Part shown: positions 59,905 through 64,000 of the stretch, piece after piece
Position numbering within the stretch: the first letter of the stretch is position 1
Layout of the letters: the number at the start of each line of letters is the position of its first letter
Origin: a virus
Direction: 5' to 3' (one strand)
DNA: 64,000 nucleotides
Virus record (IMG/VR): IMGVR_UViG_3300037193_002967
Coordinates: 1-64,000 of that record
Notes under the pieces: model-generated
Seen by the model: the letters and a program-made list of their open reading frames with translations, nothing else
What the model was told of the DNA's origin: nothing
Database searches by the model: none
Position numbers and translations under genes: made by a program

Positions 59905-60027
59905 TTGACGGATGGCAGGATTGGTTAAAACACCGTTTACCTGCACGTGCTACAGTTACGACTTTCTGCTTGCACACCACCAAAAGTCGATAGTGCGTGG
60001 AGCGTCTAATTCCGCCACATCCGTCAA
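59905..60027 (-). ncRNA. tRNA-Leu-like shell with extended anticodon stem and T-loop insertion
   Basis: TTGACGGATG/CATCCGTCAA stem; GCGGAATTAGACGC D-like arm; GCAGG/CCTGC T stem around a 20-nt loop. Confidence 0.55.
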
Positions 60028-60032
60028 AGAGT

Positions 60033-60277
60033 TTATTGGCTGTCCATGTATCCAGCATGGAATGACTATCGAACACGTTAATTCGCTCTTAAATGCGCAC
60101 CCATAGTACTATGATATAATACCTGTCATGCACACATTCCTTTCACCCCTCCATCAAACAAACGCTACTGGTATAGCTGTAGTAATCGCCTTCCTTTCAC
60201 CTTGCGGGTTCACTCATAAGGCAGTGCGTTGTTGCATCTCGCAGGAATACTACTGTTTGACTTCAAGCAGCCAATAA
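60033..60277 (-). ncRNA. Roughly 245-nt structured RNA of unknown class
   Basis: Closed by TTATTGGCTG/CAGCCAATAA; GNRA-capped hairpin (CC-GCAA-GG) on the minus strand. Confidence 0.45.
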
Positions 60278-60281
60278 GAAG

Positions 60282-60390
60282 TTATTGGCGTTAAGCAGGC
60301 CGTCAACGACGCGGCACTTTCATGCTATAAACTTGACCATACACAATGTGTTAAGCGGTCGGGCATCTATTGCCTGCTATTAGCCAATAA
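60282..60390 (-). ncRNA. Roughly 110-nt structured RNA of unknown class
   Basis: TTATTGGC-N5-GCAGGC...GCCTGC-N5-GCCAATAA. Confidence 0.45.
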
Positions 60391-60497
60391 TATCTTCAAT
60401 TACTTTTCAAAGAACTTTAAAAATGGGCACTGAGTAGAAACAAAGTGCCGGGCTAACGATTGCATGCCCGATGAAGGGCCCATATGAAAAAAATTCG

Positions 60498-60556
60498 AGG
60501 CGGGAACAGGATTCGAACCTGTGAAATTACGCGTTAAGCCACTCCGCAACCCCGCC
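60498..60556 (-). ncRNA. 59-nt tRNA lacking the anticodon arm
   Basis: GGCGGGG-TT-GCGGAGTGGCTTAACGC-GTAATTTC-ACAGG-TTCGAAT-CCTGT-TCCCGCC-T. Confidence 0.7.
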
Positions 60557-60628
60557 ATATAAGGGCCCAGCTGGATAACCAGGCCCGTTTATTAAGAAAA
60601 AACCTTAATAATGGAAAAAAATATGAGT

Positions 60629-61501
60629 TTAATTAACCATTTCTAAAATGGTATTGAATATTTTTTTGTCGGCCCTCTCTTTTTCAAAGAATGGCTTGCT
60701 TTCAACACCGTGAATATACTCATTGAAAGCATTATAACCAAGCCATAAATTGGGGGTTGCGCCCAATTGGCCAGCTTCTTTTTGGATGGTATCAATGATC
60801 TGTTGGGCGATTTTAGAAGGCTCATCCGGGTTCTTTTCGCTTTTTTCGTACTTCGCCAGACCGGTCTTGCCTAGAACATATTTCACGAATTCATTGATAT
60901 CTGGTACTACGCCTTCTGCCAGCACATTGAACTTTTTTTGAATGGTGTAATACTCGTTATCCATGAATTGCGCAATAAGCTCTTCGATCTTCGGCATAAT
61001 GATTTCCATGGTGTTAGCGCCGCGTTTACGAAGGCTAAATCCAATTTTCATATGAGCCACATGTAGACCGTTCTCGCATATTTTGCGAAAGCCCGAGAAG
61101 CCGCCCACAGTACGAACGCTACCGTCATATGAATTAATAGCGGTTAGCATGGGTTTGATAGTATCAACACCCTTGGCGTTTTTGAACTTATCGCCAATGT
61201 TTACATGGTAGGCATCGTCTTCCAGGATGTAGTCTACCTTGAAGTTTTGATTGCGGTAGTTGCTGGCGCGCTTGCTGTATTGAATACCAGCATTATCCAG
61301 TAACGTCTCAAACTGACCGAAGAATTGCTCATTCGGAATGAGATTATAGCCATTGCTTACCAGGTTGACAATCTCGCCATCAGCAATAATAAATTTATCA
61401 AAACCGGGGCGCATTTTAAATCCGGTGATCATTGAAGCGTCCGCTTCTGTAACGGGGATGTAGATGTTGTCGTTTCTTTTGTAGGATTGTTGTGTGTTCA
61501 T
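60629..61501 (-). CDS. DUF932-family protein
   Basis: 'VSNGYNLIPN', 'INSYDGS', 'RKICENGL' and 'NLWLGYNAFNEY'. Confidence 0.8.
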   Translation of the reverse strand: MNTQQSYKRNDNIYIPVTEADASMITGFKMRPGFDKFIIADGEIVNLVSNGYNLIPNEQFFGQFETLLDNAGIQYSKRASNYRNQNFKVDYILEDDAYHVNIGDKFKNAKGVDTIKPMLTAINSYDGSVRTVGGFSGFRKICENGLHVAHMKIGFSLRKRGANTMEIIMPKIEELIAQFMDNEYYTIQKKFNVLAEGVVPDINEFVKYVLGKTGLAKYEKSEKNPDEPSKIAQQIIDTIQKEAGQLGATPNLWLGYNAFNEYIHGVESKPFFEKERADKKIFNTILEMVN

Positions 61502-61520
61502 GTTTTTTTGCTTTATGATG

Positions 61521-61562
61521 TGAAGTTAATTTGGTTTTTTGAATTGACAAAATATTTTGTCA
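61521..61562 (-). promoter_or_regulatory. Operator palindrome plus promoter for the DUF932/ncRNA operon
   Basis: TGACAAA-ATAT-TTTGTCA (61545-61562) with a TAACTTCA -7-like box on the minus strand. Confidence 0.65.
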
Positions 61563-61778
61563 ATTATTTTTTTCTGGGACCAATTTATTTAATCTTTCTA
61601 GTAGGTCGGCCCTGATGCTGTTAGTAGCTATCCAAACCTCCCCATTAAAATAAACGGAATTACATGGTGAAAAATCCTTTTCTGCCCTTAGGCATTGCTC
61701 AGTAATATAGCCTTCAGTGCTGCCCATCAATTTACCCCAAGCATAAATGTAAGGGTATTTTAAAAATATTTGTTTCAT
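61560..61778 (-). CDS. Hypothetical protein
   Basis: 'YIYAWGKLMGS..YI..Q...A' motif; has its own promoter. Confidence 0.55.
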   Translation of the reverse strand: MKQIFLKYPYIYAWGKLMGSTEGYITEQCLRAEKDFSPCNSVYFNGEVWIATNSIRADLLERLNKLVPEKNN

Positions 61779-61810
61779 GGTAATTATGTTTTTTGTTTTG
61801 ATTGATAGAG

Positions 61811-61852
61811 TAAAGATATTGGGTTTTATTTAATTGACAAATATATTTGTCT
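61811..61852 (-). promoter_or_regulatory. Operator palindrome plus promoter
   Basis: TGACAAA-TATA-TTTGTCT (61835-61852) with TATCTTTA -7 on the minus strand. Confidence 0.65.
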
Positions 61853-61895
61853 TATATTCGCCGATCTTGATCATGATCAATTAAGTCGGTAATTA

Positions 61896-61937
61896 TGACA
61901 AAATAATTTGTCATTTCGAACCCTGATAGTATATTTG
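61896..61937 (+). promoter_or_regulatory. Operator palindrome plus promoter
   Basis: TGACAAA-ATAA-TTTGTCA; TTTG-N19-TATATTTG. Confidence 0.75.
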
Positions 61938-61960
61938 TGTAAACAAAAGTAAAAACATAT

Positions 61961-62308
61961 ATGGAACTTAATATAAAACAGCTTAAAAAATGGATTGCCG
62001 CTTTAGATAGCGGGGAATATAAGCAATCAATTGGAAGATTGCAGGGGCCAAATGGGTATTGTTGTCTTGGGGTTGCTACCAAATGCTTAGTGCCATTAAG
62101 CCAGATTGAAATAGATCATGAGGGTTACCTTATAGGCACCGTTCCTTTTGATCAAAAATCGGCTCCAAAATGGTTAAAGGAAATAAGTCTTGATTTCAAT
62201 AAACAAACTGGGTATCATTTAACATCATTAAATGATGTATATGGATATAGTTTTACCGAAATCGCCACGCTATTGGAATTAATATACATCCATAAAATCC
62301 TTGATTAA
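61961..62308 (+). CDS. Phage hypothetical protein
   Basis: 'WIAALDSGEYKQ..G.L....GYCCLGV...LND...SF.EIA' family. Confidence 0.7.
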   Translation: MELNIKQLKKWIAALDSGEYKQSIGRLQGPNGYCCLGVATKCLVPLSQIEIDHEGYLIGTVPFDQKSAPKWLKEISLDFNKQTGYHLTSLNDVYGYSFTEIATLLELIYIHKILD

Positions 62309-62490
62309 TAAAATCCCAATCCAATGAATATTCTGATTTCTTTCAAACTTTACAATCTGCATGGCAAATTAACTGTTGCCGCTACGATTGTCTGCGATAT
62401 GAAAAAGATGGCATATTATATAGACGAATTCAATTCTTCTAGTGTCAATCCTCAAAAAGATCAATTATTAATTTGTAAAAAAGGCTAACG

Positions 62491-62730
62491 ATGAAACAGC
62501 AAAATCAATCTACACAAGCCACTGAAACGGCAACTTCTTCTTTTGAAGATAAAATATTTTTCATGGGCAATGAAAGTATTAATGTTATTCAGGCGCTCAT
62601 CCCTCTTTTAAAACAAAGAGAGCAGGCTGCTAAATTTTTCAGAGATGAACAGCTTAGTGTTTATAAGGTGCAGTTGCAATCTGTTATAGAAGACCTGAAC
62701 GAAGAAATTAAAAAACTTTTATCATTATGA
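62491..62730 (+). CDS. Hypothetical protein
   Basis: ORF. Confidence 0.5.
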   Translation: MKQQNQSTQATETATSSFEDKIFFMGNESINVIQALIPLLKQREQAAKFFRDEQLSVYKVQLQSVIEDLNEEIKKLLSL

Positions 62731-62963
62731 GCTACCCCGAACGTCTATCCGAAATTATCCGATTGCTTTCTGAAGCCAGATATAAAATCGATGGGTTGGC
62801 AATAGATATGGAACGTGAGACTAATGAATTGAGTATTAAAGGATTAATATCACCAAATTACGTAGAAAATCGATCAGATAATATTGGTGACTTATATGAT
62901 GCAAGTGGTCAGATTGATAACAGTATTATTTTACTTACAAAGATAAAAAATGGACCAATTTAG
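62727..62963 (+). CDS. Hypothetical protein
   Basis: Coupled ORF. Confidence 0.5.
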   Translation: MSYPERLSEIIRLLSEARYKIDGLAIDMERETNELSIKGLISPNYVENRSDNIGDLYDASGQIDNSIILLTKIKNGPI

Positions 62964-63010
62964 GTTTAATCCTGATCATGGTATTTCTTGAATCTCTTAA
63001 ATAATTATAT

Positions 63011-63391
63011 ATGCAACTAACAATTGAAAATGTACGAAAAATATTTTATGATTCTCTTCATCATGAGGGCGAAGAAGTTTCCGATCCAGTAATCTGTGAA
63101 GGCATTGTAAATTCGGTTGGCTTTCATCGCGCGAGGCTGGAAAGCCATAAGGATGAAATTGCTTCCATGTTGGTTCAATTGCCAAAAGAGTTTCACAAAT
63201 CTCATGGTGGCGGTCATAGTTTCTTAAATATGTGTATGTTGGATTCTGGGGAACAGTGGGCAGACGAACACATTGATGTAGAAAAACTTCTGTTATTGGG
63301 TCTTGGCATTGAAAAGGCTGCTTATAATTTGGGACCTCAATTTTGGCCACTTTTACCAGGTGGGGTGGCTTACGTTTATATCGATTTTTAA
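63011..63391 (+). CDS. Phage hypothetical protein
   Basis: 'GGGHSFLNMC....GEQW...LPGG..Y' family. Confidence 0.65.
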   Translation: MQLTIENVRKIFYDSLHHEGEEVSDPVICEGIVNSVGFHRARLESHKDEIASMLVQLPKEFHKSHGGGHSFLNMCMLDSGEQWADEHIDVEKLLLLGLGIEKAAYNLGPQFWPLLPGGVAYVYIDF

Positions 63392-63409
63392 AACTTAAAT
63401 AATAAACTT

Positions 63410-63709
63410 ATGTGGGCGGAAAAACAGATTACTAAAGATGAGGCAATTGCTTGGTATTCAAGTGGCATATGGGAAAAATGGACAGCACAGGAAATCGTAA
63501 AAGCGCAATTGTTTCAAAAACGGCTATTCATGCCTTTTGATAAGTTTCATGAAGCCGTAGAAAAGGTTTTGGGCCGTGGAGTATTTACCCACGAATTCGC
63601 ATACGTGGAAGCATTGCAACATGAATACTTAGGAGAAAAGCCGCCTCCTACTTTTGAGGAAATCATTAACCTTATCCCAGAAGAAAAAAGAGTCATCATT
63701 AAAATTTAA
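63410..63709 (+). CDS. Phage hypothetical protein
   Basis: 'QLFQKRLFMPF..FHEAVEKVLGR.VFTHEFA' family. Confidence 0.65.
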   Translation: MWAEKQITKDEAIAWYSSGIWEKWTAQEIVKAQLFQKRLFMPFDKFHEAVEKVLGRGVFTHEFAYVEALQHEYLGEKPPPTFEEIINLIPEEKRVIIKI

Positions 63710-63714
63710 ATGGT

Positions 63715-63915
63715 ATGCCTTTAGCAGAGGAAATAACTAAATTCTCACAAGTAGTTGGCAGCAATGCGCCAGAAGTGGGAGGGTTTACTATCGGATGGTA
63801 TAGGAAAGAAGCACAAATTAAAGCTATCGCTTTAAGGTTAGCTGAAATGGCCTCTTTTTTACCACACGATCAGCAACAGGAATATAATTCACTCATTCAA
63901 CAATTGATGAAGTAA
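63715..63915 (+). CDS. Hypothetical protein
   Basis: ORF. Confidence 0.45.
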   Translation: MPLAEEITKFSQVVGSNAPEVGGFTIGWYRKEAQIKAIALRLAEMASFLPHDQQQEYNSLIQQLMK

Positions 63916-64000
63916 TGTATAAGAAGCGAAGTGAACATTTAGTGAACTGGGTTAATAGTCACCCATTGATAAACGTAAAACTTTTGTGTGAAATGGCGGG

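Noticed and set aside
59912-60106. Plus-strand 64-aa ORF and minus-strand ORF 57311-57505
   Set aside because: Both overlap tRNA or tRNA-like structures and are probably spurious.
60300-60362. Twister ribozyme resemblance on the minus strand (CCGCTTAACAC...GGTCAAG...AAAAGTG)
   Set aside because: It lacks the GCCC/GAGGG pseudoknot elements I would expect; kept only as an unclassified structured RNA.
1-64000. Stop-codon reassignment or suppressor tRNA
   Set aside because: Core genes are full length in the standard code, all three stops are used, and no CTA/TCA/TTA-anticodon tRNA was found.
1-64000. Integrase, att sites, IS elements or host flanks
   Set aside because: No recombinase, transposase or bacterial housekeeping gene was recognised; lifestyle cannot be decided from this window.

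Overview
This window is 64 kb of a tailed dsDNA phage genome (standard genetic code). The host is probably a Bacteroidota, judged from promoters of the form TTTG-N19/20-TAnnTTTG. Gene order: scaffold, major capsid, neck, tail tube and tailspikes; lysis cassette; a leftward operon with an ECF sigma factor, a DnaA-C HTH and RecE/RecT-like recombination genes; a rightward accessory and replication arm (PIF1-like helicase, SF2 helicase, Prim-Pol/helicase, iteron origin, VRR-NUC); TerS/TerL; accessory genes; tail chaperone with a -1 frameshift, tape measure and tail tip genes; a glycosyltransferase, portal and minor head gene; then a leftward tRNA/ncRNA cluster. The most striking element is a stand-alone RAMP/Cas7-like gene (24597-25163) flanked by five non-coding tracts with near-strict 5-nt periodicity (NGY-NN)n and a shared 3' end. 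This looks like a CRISPR-independent RNA-guided system with a gapped dinucleotide code. Second is a cluster of tRNA-shell RNAs whose anticodon domain is deleted or replaced. Third is a five-copy 18-bp palindromic operator overlapping the -33 box of accessory-gene promoters. All protein calls come from motif recognition and gene context, not database searches.
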